From contig CAZXPA010000001.1 in the NCBI GenBank assembly GCA_964642485.1, positions 1-39,459 on the forward strand: a DNA stretch of 39,459 nt, given 5' to 3'. The position numbers and the translations under genes are program-made. Positions 25,225 to 33,166 of the stretch are shown one piece after another; position 1 is the first letter of the stretch; every line of letters begins with the position of its first letter. The stretch is from an uncultured Gammaproteobacteria bacterium (GTDB lineage: Bacteria > Patescibacteriota > Patescibacteriia > UBA2591 > UBA6264). The notes beneath the pieces were generated by a model. That model made no database searches, had not been told where the DNA came from, and saw only the letters and a program-made list of their open reading frames with translations.

Positions 25225-26628
25225 ATGATTATCTATGACCTAATCCATGGCTATCAGCCATTTGATCCAGGCGATCCAGTTCCTGAGTGGATAAAAGGGA
25301 ATTTAAAACAAATTTTTTTACCTACTTCCTTGGCAATGAAAAAAGGTTTAATTCCTCGAGGGGCTCAGCTTCAAGGCTGGACTATTGATGTCTGGTTAGC
25401 AGCAAAAAAACCAATAAGGGATTTGGCTAAAAAAACTTTTAATAATTTAAAAATTGCCAATCAAAAAGGAAATATAGAAATTGGCATTAGTGCTTATAGC
25501 CATCCGATTTTACCAATGCTAAGCAGTGATTTAATTCAAGCCCAGATTCTCTTAGACAAAGAGGTGGTTGAACAGTATCTTGGTAAAGCAACCTGGTTTT
25601 GGCCGCCAGAGGGAGCAATTGATAGACGAGTTTTAAAAATAATTCACCAGACCTTTCCTAATTTAATTTTACTAATTCCCGACAAGGCAATTGGCAGGTA
25701 TAATTTTAGTGGACCAATAAAAATTAAGTTTCCTGACTCGCCCTGCCTGCCTGGCGGCCGGCAGGCGGCCGGCAGGAAAAAGGATTTTCAAAAAGCCATT
25801 GTTTTTAATACTTTGTTGAAGGATTTATTTATGAATGCCGAGGATTACCGGAAAAAGCCAAAATATATTAAAAGACCAAAGCACTTGCCTGATAAATTAG
25901 TCTGGTCACAGGTTCGTCGGATGGTTCATTCTCCTAAAGTATTTTTACAAGTTTTAGAATATTTGCGCTCCGCGCAAAATTCTCTTACCAATTACGAATC
26001 TAAACGAATTACGAATAAATTTAAAAGTGATTGCTTTGTTTTAATGAGGGACTGGGAGAATGCTGGTTCTAAAAGAGGGCTGAGAAAAATAAAGGGAGCT
26101 GTCCCTGAACAGAGATTGCCCCCAAAAGAGATTGGTAATTTTTTAAAATTTAGAAATCAAACCGGCCCGTCTGGCTTTGCCAGGCCAAGCGGGCGGATAA
26201 ATTTTTGCCTGCCCAGTCAATTTAATTGGCAAAGAGCAGAAATTATCCCAATTTCTAAGATTATCCCCTGTTCTTGGGATATGGAATCAACCCCCAAAGA
26301 TCCTTTTCCCTGGTGGCAGCCAAATAAACATGGGGCAGTTTGGCGGAAATGCAAACCTTTTCGGAGAAAGAGAATGATTGAATGGCAAGAGTTAATTAAA
26401 GAATTTAATCAGATTTTTCAACAAAGGATTAAACAGCAAGGAGGGCTAAAAAAAGCTTTGAAAAATAAAGAGTTTAAAGATTTGTTAAAAAGGACTCTGC
26501 CAGCTCTTCATTCTTGTATTGGTTGGCATTATTTTGCTAAACGAGCCTGGAAACCAGATTATCAATATTCTCAGCAGGCCTTGAAGAATATAGTTTTACC
26601 AGGTTTAAAAAGGTTAAAAAATTTATGA
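25225..26628 (+). CDS. Divergent GH57-like protein, paralog 2, carrying GC-rich and low-complexity inserts
   Basis: LIHGYQPF, SAYSHPILPML, FWPPEGAID and LMRDWENAG align loosely with GH57 regions of the flanking paralogs. The middle of the protein is basic and low-complexity. Its stop overlaps the next start (ATGA). Confidence 0.5.
   Translation: MIIYDLIHGYQPFDPGDPVPEWIKGNLKQIFLPTSLAMKKGLIPRGAQLQGWTIDVWLAAKKPIRDLAKKTFNNLKIANQKGNIEIGISAYSHPILPMLSSDLIQAQILLDKEVVEQYLGKATWFWPPEGAIDRRVLKIIHQTFPNLILLIPDKAIGRYNFSGPIKIKFPDSPCLPGGRQAAGRKKDFQKAIVFNTLLKDLFMNAEDYRKKPKYIKRPKHLPDKLVWSQVRRMVHSPKVFLQVLEYLRSAQNSLTNYESKRITNKFKSDCFVLMRDWENAGSKRGLRKIKGAVPEQRLPPKEIGNFLKFRNQTGPSGFARPSGRINFCLPSQFNWQRAEIIPISKIIPCSWDMESTPKDPFPWWQPNKHGAVWRKCKPFRRKRMIEWQELIKEFNQIFQQRIKQQGGLKKALKNKEFKDLLKRTLPALHSCIGWHYFAKRAWKPDYQYSQQALKNIVLPGLKRLKNL
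25741..25776. repeat. In-frame GC-rich palindromic block
   Basis: CCCTGCCTGCCTGGCGGCCGGCAGGCGGCCGGCAGG. It contains an 11-nt tandem CGGCCGGCAGG x2 (25755-25776), and CCTGCC is complementary to GGCAGG. It encodes PCLPGGRQAAGR. Confidence 0.8.
26162..26196. repeat. In-frame GC-rich nested hairpin
   Basis: In CCGGCCCGTCTGGCTTTGCCAGGCCAAGCGGGCGG, GCCCG pairs with CGGGC and CTGGC with GCCAG. It encodes TGPSGFARPSGR. Confidence 0.7.
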
Positions 26629-28601
26629 AATGGGCTAATTTTTTACATTTTTATCAACCATATAATCAGCAGCCTGATATTTTAGAAAGAGTTGTTAATG
26701 AAAGCTATCGCAAAGTTATTGCTGGATTGGCCTCCAACCCAGAGACAAGAATTACCATTAATATTAATGCTGGTTTGACTGAGCTTTTAGTAAAAAATGG
26801 TTATGCTGATTTAGTTGAGCAAATTAAAACTTTTGCTCAAGGGGGCCAGATTGAATTTGTTGGTGGAGTTAAATATCATCCTTTTTTGCCTCTTTTACCT
26901 AAAGATGAGATCAAGAGGCAAATTAGACTTAATGATCAAACAAATAAAAAATATTTTGGTCAAGCCTGGAAGCCGCGAGGGTTTTATTCTCCAGAACTAG
27001 CCTATAGTAAGAAAGTCGCCCGGGCGGCCAGAGAAGCGGGCTTTAAATGGATTTTAGCCGAGGAATTAGCTTGTGCTAAAAAGGCGGGTTTTAAAAAGAT
27101 ATATAATATTAAAGGGCTAGATGATTTTAAAATCATTTTTCGTGATAAAAAAATTAGCGTTTTAATTCTCTCCGCAATTGTTCGTAATTTAAAATCTTTA
27201 ATTCAGGAAGTTGGTCAAGAAGAATTTAAAAAGAATCGTTATCTTTTAACCGTAATGGATGCGGAGACCTTTGGCCATCATCGGCCAGGGTTAGAGAATT
27301 TTCTTTTCCAAATATATCAGGACAGAAAAATACCCAAGGTTTTTATTTCTGACCTAGTTAAAGAGTTTGGTGTTAATGAAGAAATTGAGCCTCGAGATAG
27401 TACTTGGTCTTCTGAAGAACAGGATTTTTGGTTGGAAAAGGAAAAAGAACATAGTTTTACTCTTTGGAATCATCCAGAAAATCCCATTCATCGGATTCAA
27501 TGGGAATTCACTTATTTTGTTATTGATTTGGTTAAAAGAATTAACACTCAAGTTCCTTGGTATAAAGAGATTCGTCAAAAGTTAGATCGTGCTTTGCAGT
27601 CAGACCAATATTGGTGGGCTTCAGCCAAGCCGTGGTGGTCTTTAGAAATGATTGAGCAAGGAGCTTTTATTCTAAAACAAGTGGTTTTTTCTATTCCGGA
27701 TGTTAGTCAAAGGAATAAGAATAAGGCCGAAGAATATTACCGCCAGATAATTGACCTGGCTTTTCAATGGCAGCGGAGTGGAAAAATTCGTCAGGCTTAT
27801 CGTCAGGCCATGGATACAGTCAAGTTAAGACCTTATAAAAAAAGAGTTTTGGTTGGCCAGTTTAATGCCATGGTTTTAGAATTTGAAGATGAGATGAATA
27901 AAGCAATTAAAGACCAAGAATTTGAAAAAGCCATTAAATGGCGTGATGCTATTTATAAGTTAAAAAGCGGGATGGATATTTATGATGTTTTACATGTAGT
28001 TGATGATTTGCGCCAAGTGAGACATTTACCTTCACTTAAAGATTATTGGGAGCATGCACCTGAAGAATTTTCCAGCTTTGCTAAAAAATCTTTTACTAGT
28101 TTTCAAAAGAAAAAATTTGTGCAAAAACAACCTAGCCATTTTTTAAATGAAATAAAAGCAGCTTTGTTAAAAAGGAAAATGGGTCATCCTTTGGGATTTT
28201 TTAAAGATGAATATAATAATGTTTATTTCTGCGAAGTACCCAGTCAACATATTGAACATTGGCCAGGAGAAAGAGGATGGGATGCAATGAGTATAATCAA
28301 ATTTTCTCGTTCAGGAACATATCATCAACCTCATCAATGTTTTTATCAATTTAAAAAGGGAAAACTAAAAATAATAGTTAAACCCCAAAGTTTGGTTAAT
28401 CAAATTTTAAAGTTTCTTAAACAGCATGACATTGGTCAAGGCAGGTCATTAAAATTAGCTATTTTAGCAGAAAGCCAGAGATGGTCACCAATCTTTTTTA
28501 AAAAAGATAAGAAAGGAGAGTTGGTCGCCACTATTCCGTATAGAGTTTCTGCCCAAGGGCAGGGTTTTAAATTCAAGATATCAGGCTTTAGCCTGAAATA
28601 A
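26625..28601 (+). CDS. GH57-family enzyme, paralog 3, fused to a UVR-like motif and an uncharacterised C-terminal domain
   Basis: FLHFYQPYN, GQIEFVGGVKYHPFLPLLP, FYSPELAY, VMDAETFGHH and SDQYWWASAKPWW. EMNKAIKDQEFEKAIKWRDAIYKL (about 27870-27968) matches the UvrB/UvrC UVR motif pattern. About 200 further residues have no recognised family. Confidence 0.7.
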   Translation: MKWANFLHFYQPYNQQPDILERVVNESYRKVIAGLASNPETRITININAGLTELLVKNGYADLVEQIKTFAQGGQIEFVGGVKYHPFLPLLPKDEIKRQIRLNDQTNKKYFGQAWKPRGFYSPELAYSKKVARAAREAGFKWILAEELACAKKAGFKKIYNIKGLDDFKIIFRDKKISVLILSAIVRNLKSLIQEVGQEEFKKNRYLLTVMDAETFGHHRPGLENFLFQIYQDRKIPKVFISDLVKEFGVNEEIEPRDSTWSSEEQDFWLEKEKEHSFTLWNHPENPIHRIQWEFTYFVIDLVKRINTQVPWYKEIRQKLDRALQSDQYWWASAKPWWSLEMIEQGAFILKQVVFSIPDVSQRNKNKAEEYYRQIIDLAFQWQRSGKIRQAYRQAMDTVKLRPYKKRVLVGQFNAMVLEFEDEMNKAIKDQEFEKAIKWRDAIYKLKSGMDIYDVLHVVDDLRQVRHLPSLKDYWEHAPEEFSSFAKKSFTSFQKKKFVQKQPSHFLNEIKAALLKRKMGHPLGFFKDEYNNVYFCEVPSQHIEHWPGERGWDAMSIIKFSRSGTYHQPHQCFYQFKKGKLKIIVKPQSLVNQILKFLKQHDIGQGRSLKLAILAESQRWSPIFFKKDKKGELVATIPYRVSAQGQGFKFKISGFSLK

Positions 28602-28676
28602 CCTCACTAAACTACTAATCTATATAAATACGAATATTAGTACTATTAGTAGGGATTCGTAATTTCGTAAGGTCCC

Positions 28677-29756
28677 ATGATATTTATTAAAGTTAAAACA
28701 AGGATAGACCCAAAAAAAACCCTTGATAAAGAGTACATGTTTTCATTTTTTAAAAAAAGAGGACAGAAATTTTTATCTATAAACGAGAAATTAATTGATT
28801 TGAAAATTGATTTGATTAGAAATTTCCAAGGTAAATTCAGGAATATGGGTTTGAGATATGAATTAATAATAACCCCTGCCAATTCCCCCTTAAAAAGGGG
28901 GAGAAAAAGAAGGGGCGTGAGGAAAAAGATAGTTCGAGCCAGAATTCACAAATATCAAGATATCCCCAGAAGAGAATGGCGAGTTCTTAATTATTTTAAA
29001 AAAGTCGGTCTAGAAAAAATTACTCCTCGACCCTTAGATTATTTTAAGCCTTTAAACATACTTTTTTATTTAGAAACCCCTGGATACTCTTTTGAAGGAA
29101 TACTTGCCCAAAGAAAGCCAAACATACTTTTAAGATTTGTTCCTTTAATTGCTAAATGGTTAAATCGGATTCATGGTTTAAATAAAAGACTAGCATTTTT
29201 ACCTGTTAAAACCATTCAAGAGGAAAAACGCGAGCGTCAACATTGGTTTTTTTTGGTAAGAAAATGTATGCCGAGTTTTTATCCTTTATTCAGCCAACTT
29301 TTAAAAGAGCTTTGGGGTTTAAAACAAAAAAACAAAGGCCTGTTTTTAAAGCCTTCTCAATATAGGTTGGTTCATGGAGATTTTCATTGGGGGAACATTA
29401 TTAGGAACAAAAATAATTTCCGGATAATAGATTTTGGCACAGCTTTTTTAGGAGATCCTTTGGAAGATATTGGTGGTTTTTTAGCTCAAAATGATTCAAT
29501 GTTCCGCTATTATGCTCCTAGATTTATAAAAAAGAGCCGGGAAATTAGAGAGGTTTTTTTAAAGAATTATTTTAAAAAGCCTTTTTTAAAGAGCCAGAAA
29601 TGCCGCTTGCTTTATTTTGAAATTCAGAAAATATTAGAGATGGCCGCAATTTTGGCCCTTATTGAATCAAATGAAAAAAACAAAACAAGAGGCGTGGCAA
29701 GATTATTAAGAGAGGCAGAAAAAAAAATTAAAATTGTTAAAATGTTAAAATGTTAA
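28677..29756 (+). CDS. APH-fold (aminoglycoside/choline/maltokinase-like) phosphotransferase
   Basis: LVHGDFHWGNII (HGDxxxxN catalytic loop) and IIDFGTAFLGDPLEDIG (DFG plus DPxxD). The substrate cannot be determined from sequence. Confidence 0.7.
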   Translation: MIFIKVKTRIDPKKTLDKEYMFSFFKKRGQKFLSINEKLIDLKIDLIRNFQGKFRNMGLRYELIITPANSPLKRGRKRRGVRKKIVRARIHKYQDIPRREWRVLNYFKKVGLEKITPRPLDYFKPLNILFYLETPGYSFEGILAQRKPNILLRFVPLIAKWLNRIHGLNKRLAFLPVKTIQEEKRERQHWFFLVRKCMPSFYPLFSQLLKELWGLKQKNKGLFLKPSQYRLVHGDFHWGNIIRNKNNFRIIDFGTAFLGDPLEDIGGFLAQNDSMFRYYAPRFIKKSREIREVFLKNYFKKPFLKSQKCRLLYFEIQKILEMAAILALIESNEKNKTRGVARLLREAEKKIKIVKMLKC

Positions 29757-29773
29757 ATTGTTAAATTGTCCTA
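29734..29773 (+). repeat. 8-bp-period array spanning a stop codon and the next start
   Basis: TTGTTAAA ATGTTAAA ATGTTAAA TTGTTAAA TTGTCCTA. It encodes the kinase C-terminus KIVKMLKC* and ends at the PHP ATG (29773). Confidence 0.85.
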
Positions 29774-30687
29774 TGATTGATTTACATATGCACTCCTATT
29801 TTTCTGATGGGATTTATTCACCAGAAGATTTAATTAAAAAAGCAAAAAAAGCTGGTTTTAATTTTATTTCCTTAACTGATCATAATGGAATTGATGGGGT
29901 AAAAGAATTTTTAAATAAAGGAGAACGAGCTGGATTAAAAGTTATATCTGGAGTAGAAATTTATACTCATTATCCCGCTCGCCATCGCTACGCCCAGGCG
30001 TCAGCGGGCGAGCAAAAACAAAACCTTCATCTTTTAGGTTACGGATTTGATTTAGAAAATAAAGAATTAAATTCAGCCTTAAAAGAACTTCAAGCTCAAC
30101 GTATTCCTCGAATAAAGCAAGCAATTAAACTTTTACAAGCAGATAATTGGCAAATAACCGAAAAAGAGATTTTCAGTTTTCCTTCTGTTTATCTTGGTTT
30201 ATTTCAATTAGCAAGTGTTTTACAAAAACACCCTCAAAACTGGGAGCGAATAAAAAAAGATTTTAATTGGTTTAAGGGTAAAATTATTCCAATTACTGAG
30301 ATTATTGTTAAGTATTTTATAAAAGATAGTCACTCCATTTATGGCGGCAAATCAATCTGCCCAGAAACAAGAATTCTAGTTGACCAGGCAATTAAATTAA
30401 TTAAACAAGCTGGAGGTAAAACAGTTTTGGCTCACCCGGGCGAGCATCTTTCTTGGAAACATGATGTTTTAATTGCTGAATTAAAAAAAATAGGATTGGA
30501 TGGGCTCGAAGCAGTTTCTGCTCATCATTCTTGGCAGGAAATAGAGCATTGGCAGAAACTTGCCAGGGAATTAGATCTAATAATTACACCTGGTTCTGAT
30601 TTTCATGGAGATTTACCCCACGAATGGGGTTTTCCAATTCAAAGTCAATGGGAATATTTTACCCCTAACATTGTTGTTGAAATTTGA
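29773..30687 (+). CDS. PHP-domain metal-dependent phosphoesterase (TrpH/YciV-like)
   Basis: MIDLHMHSYFSDG, LTDHNGIDG, GVEIYT, VLAHPG and GSDFHG motifs. ATG at 29773 is preferred over the track TTG at 29758. Confidence 0.8.
   Translation: MIDLHMHSYFSDGIYSPEDLIKKAKKAGFNFISLTDHNGIDGVKEFLNKGERAGLKVISGVEIYTHYPARHRYAQASAGEQKQNLHLLGYGFDLENKELNSALKELQAQRIPRIKQAIKLLQADNWQITEKEIFSFPSVYLGLFQLASVLQKHPQNWERIKKDFNWFKGKIIPITEIIVKYFIKDSHSIYGGKSICPETRILVDQAIKLIKQAGGKTVLAHPGEHLSWKHDVLIAELKKIGLDGLEAVSAHHSWQEIEHWQKLARELDLIITPGSDFHGDLPHEWGFPIQSQWEYFTPNIVVEI
29974..30013. repeat. In-frame GC-rich nested hairpin inside the PHP gene
   Basis: In CCCGCTCGCCATCGCTACGCCCAGGCGTCAGCGGGCGAGC, GCTCGCC pairs with GGCGAGC, CGCT with AGCG, and ACGCC with GGCGT. 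It encodes PARHRYAQASAGE. Confidence 0.8.
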
Positions 30688-30705
30688 TTTCAACAGATTT
30701 CAACA
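30675..30705. repeat. TGTTGAAAT hairpin across the stop codon, plus a 10-bp tandem repeat
   Basis: TGTTGAAAT-ttg-ATTTCAACA (30675-30695) includes the PHP TGA stop. GATTTCAACA x2 follows at 30686-30705. Confidence 0.75.
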
Positions 30706-30718
30706 GATGTAAAAAGTG

Positions 30719-30751
30719 AAAAAGCAGCCCTATTAAAAGCAGCTGCTTTTT
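30719..30751. terminator. Bidirectional intrinsic terminator
   Basis: AAAAAGCAGC...GCTGCTTTTT has 10-bp arms and a 13-nt loop that includes the GCAGCTGC palindrome. It lies between the convergent PHP (+) and BNR (-) genes. Confidence 0.7.
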
Positions 30752-30771
30752 ATTTTGCTTCAACATCAATC

Positions 30772-31770
30772 TTATTCAGAAGTTATTGGTTTTAGGCTGC
30801 GAAAGATTCCGCCAATGGCTGCGGCAAAGATATGCCCGCTGGGGCTGATTGCTAAACCAAATACTGTTGGCTTGTCACTTTCTTCCAGAGGGGGTATCCC
30901 GCCATTAATTTCTTCCCAGGTATTTCCATTATCTATTGAATGAAAAGCTCCGAGATAGGCTCCAACAAAGACATCACTGCTTGAGCTGGTGATAATGGAT
31001 TTAACACTCTCATTTAAGTCAGTTTCTACCCAGGTGTTTCCATTATCTGTTGAACGAAATAGTCCCCAATCATTTCCAGCAAAAATATGCCCCAGTGAGT
31101 TTGTGGTAAGAGCCGTAGCAGACTTCTCCAGACCAGTATTGGTTTCCGTCCAATTGTCGCCATTGTCCATGGAACGGAAAAAATCGCCATCAGAGCCACT
31201 GGCAAAGATGTGTCCATCGGGGTTAATAGCAATAGAATAGATTACAGTGTTTGTCAAGCCATTATTTATTTCCGTCCAAGTTTCGCTATTATCTGTTGAG
31301 CGATATAACATACCTTTTCCTGCTCTTGCGACAAAGACATTATCAGCCGAATTAATAGCAATGGAGTTAACGCCAGCATATATATCAGGCCTAATTTCTG
31401 TCCAAGTGCCCCCATTATCTATTGAACGAAATAGGTCCCAGTGGGTTCCAGCGAAAACATACCCCAATGAGTTAATGGCAAGACATTTAGCGAATACGTC
31501 TGTTAAACCAACCTCTTCCCATGTTTCGCCATTGTCCATGGAACGAAGAACACCTTTATTCCCGCTTCCAGCAAAAATATGCCCTTGGGAGTTGGTAGCA
31601 AGAGATAATGTGAGGACATCGATTTCATAGACTTGCTCCCAGAAGTCTTCTGGCTCACCATTTCCATTATCTCCATCAGAATCAGTTGGCGATTTACTAC
31701 AACCTGAAATGACAAGGACAGCCGCAATCATCAAAACCAAGAATAGCAACGGATATTTTTTGCTTTTCAT
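30772..31770 (-). CDS. BNR/Asp-box repeat beta-propeller lipoprotein (Ycf48/sortilin-like repeats)
   Basis: Lipobox VISGC. About 8 iterations of F/LRSxDNGxTWxE(I/V) (SxDxGxTW Asp-box) occur at about 40-aa spacing. The gene is visibly more G+C-rich than its neighbours. Confidence 0.75.
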   Translation of the reverse strand: MKSKKYPLLFLVLMIAAVLVISGCSKSPTDSDGDNGNGEPEDFWEQVYEIDVLTLSLATNSQGHIFAGSGNKGVLRSMDNGETWEEVGLTDVFAKCLAINSLGYVFAGTHWDLFRSIDNGGTWTEIRPDIYAGVNSIAINSADNVFVARAGKGMLYRSTDNSETWTEINNGLTNTVIYSIAINPDGHIFASGSDGDFFRSMDNGDNWTETNTGLEKSATALTTNSLGHIFAGNDWGLFRSTDNGNTWVETDLNESVKSIITSSSSDVFVGAYLGAFHSIDNGNTWEEINGGIPPLEESDKPTVFGLAISPSGHIFAAAIGGIFRSLKPITSE

Positions 31771-31776
31771 TTTTTA

Positions 31777-31786
31777 CTCCTTCCTT
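31777..31786 (-). promoter_or_regulatory. Strong Shine-Dalgarno sequence
   Basis: The minus strand reads AAGGAAGGAG-TAAAAA-ATG. GGAG ends 6 nt before the start at 31770. I saw no comparable SD upstream of the other genes in the window. Confidence 0.6.
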
Positions 31787-31834
31787 TTTTTGTTTGTTTT
31801 TTCTTCTTTTTTAAGATTTAAAGAGCTCCTTTAT

Positions 31835-31866
31835 TGTTAAATTGTTTAATTGTTAAATTGTTTAAT
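31835..31866 (+). repeat. 8-bp-period array (TGTTAAAT TGTTTAAT x2)
   Basis: The array lies on the plus strand between two minus-strand genes and overlaps the LysM-CHAP stop at 31862-31864. Its orientation is opposite to both flanking genes. Confidence 0.85.
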
Positions 31867-33070
31867 TGCTTTTAGGGTAAATATAGCCAAGGATTTTCCA
31901 GCCGTTCTGCCATTGTTTAGTAATATTTTTAAGAGAACGTTCTGAATATTGTCGACGTTTTAGTCCATTCATTTCAGAAATAGTTACTGTGCTCTCATCA
32001 AAACTTTCGACATAAGCCACGTGGCCATAATAACCACAGATCCAACTAGTACAGGTTAGGGTCATAATTGCTCCCTGACGAGGAGAGGATCCTGTTTCAT
32101 AGCCGTCTTTTTGGGCTTTTCTGTACCAATATTTAGCATGACTCCAGGAGGGGACACATTGACCCTGTTCAGTTGCCCATTTAAAAGCAGCCCAATCAGT
32201 ACATTGTCTAGAAACAAATCTATGACATTTAGTGTTGCTCCGCCAGTCCCAATAGTTTGAATAATTTTCTTGGACCAACTGAGGGGCAACTGACTGGTAT
32301 TTAGGTGCAGGCGGAGGTGGTGGGGTTCCTTCAGGGATAATAAGAATCTCGCCTGGTTTAAGAATTGACTCCTCTGTTAAATTATTGAATTCAGCGATTT
32401 GTTTGGTTGAAGCTTTGTATTTTTCTGCTAAATAAGAAAGGTTTTCACCCGTTTTTACTTTATGGGTTATTCCATTTATCGGCAGGATTTTTAATTCATC
32501 CCCTGGTCGGATAACAGACCAATAACCAAGATTATTTTCCCAGAGAACCGTACTCCATTTAAGGCCAAAGTTTTCAGCAATTGTACTGATTGTATTACCA
32601 GGTTGAACTATGTATTTTTCTATCTCCGTTCGGGTTATGCTTAAGAAATCAATCTCATTGACTTCTGTTTCTGGAGCCACTAAAATACTGCCCCCGAGAA
32701 TCAGAGCGATTTCTGAGTCCTCGCTTATGTCTATTATATCATCCTCACGCCAGGCGGCGATTTGAAAGTCTTGTTTTTGTTGGTCTTCACTTTCGTCAGA
32801 AATAGTCAGTAAGCCAGTTTCAATAATTATCTCTTGTTTTTGGAGAATTAATTTAGCCAGAAAACTTTCATTAGTTATTGCTGTTATTTCAAAATAAGAG
32901 AAAATAGTGAAAAGAACAATAATTACAATCAAAGGGGCTTGTTTAAAAGAGAAAAGTCGTCTTTGACATTTAAAATAAAAGCGGAAGATATAAATGAATC
33001 TTAAAATAATCTTTCGTCCTAGGCCTGCAGGCATTAATCGACTAAAATTTTTTGGCAAACTAATTTGCAT
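31862..33070 (-). CDS. LysM-CHAP peptidoglycan hydrolase, membrane-anchored
   Basis: Two LysM motifs (YIVQPGNTISTIAENFG and HKVKTGENLSYLAEKY), a PPPPPAP linker, and a CHAP domain (QCTDWAAFKW ... GHVAYVES). The ATG at 33070 is preferred over the track TTG at 33076. Confidence 0.8.
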   Translation of the reverse strand: MQISLPKNFSRLMPAGLGRKIILRFIYIFRFYFKCQRRLFSFKQAPLIVIIVLFTIFSYFEITAITNESFLAKLILQKQEIIIETGLLTISDESEDQQKQDFQIAAWREDDIIDISEDSEIALILGGSILVAPETEVNEIDFLSITRTEIEKYIVQPGNTISTIAENFGLKWSTVLWENNLGYWSVIRPGDELKILPINGITHKVKTGENLSYLAEKYKASTKQIAEFNNLTEESILKPGEILIIPEGTPPPPPAPKYQSVAPQLVQENYSNYWDWRSNTKCHRFVSRQCTDWAAFKWATEQGQCVPSWSHAKYWYRKAQKDGYETGSSPRQGAIMTLTCTSWICGYYGHVAYVESFDESTVTISEMNGLKRRQYSERSLKNITKQWQNGWKILGYIYPKSN

Positions 33071-33166
33071 AAACAAAAATTTATGCTATGCTTAGTATGC
33101 GAATAATTTATTCGTAGCATTCGCATATTATTCGTAGATTAGCATTATTATTACAATTAGTCAAGT

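Noticed and set aside
30755-31630. Three plus-strand ORFs (30755-30943, 30989-31240, 31247-31630) antisense to the BNR-repeat gene.
   Set aside because: They tile the opposite strand of a gene with a clear repeated SxDxGxTW motif, a lipobox and an SD sequence. Their translations are low-complexity mirror repeats (VFPLSIE/VSPLSMER). Long antisense frames are expected in a locally GC-richer, repetitive gene.
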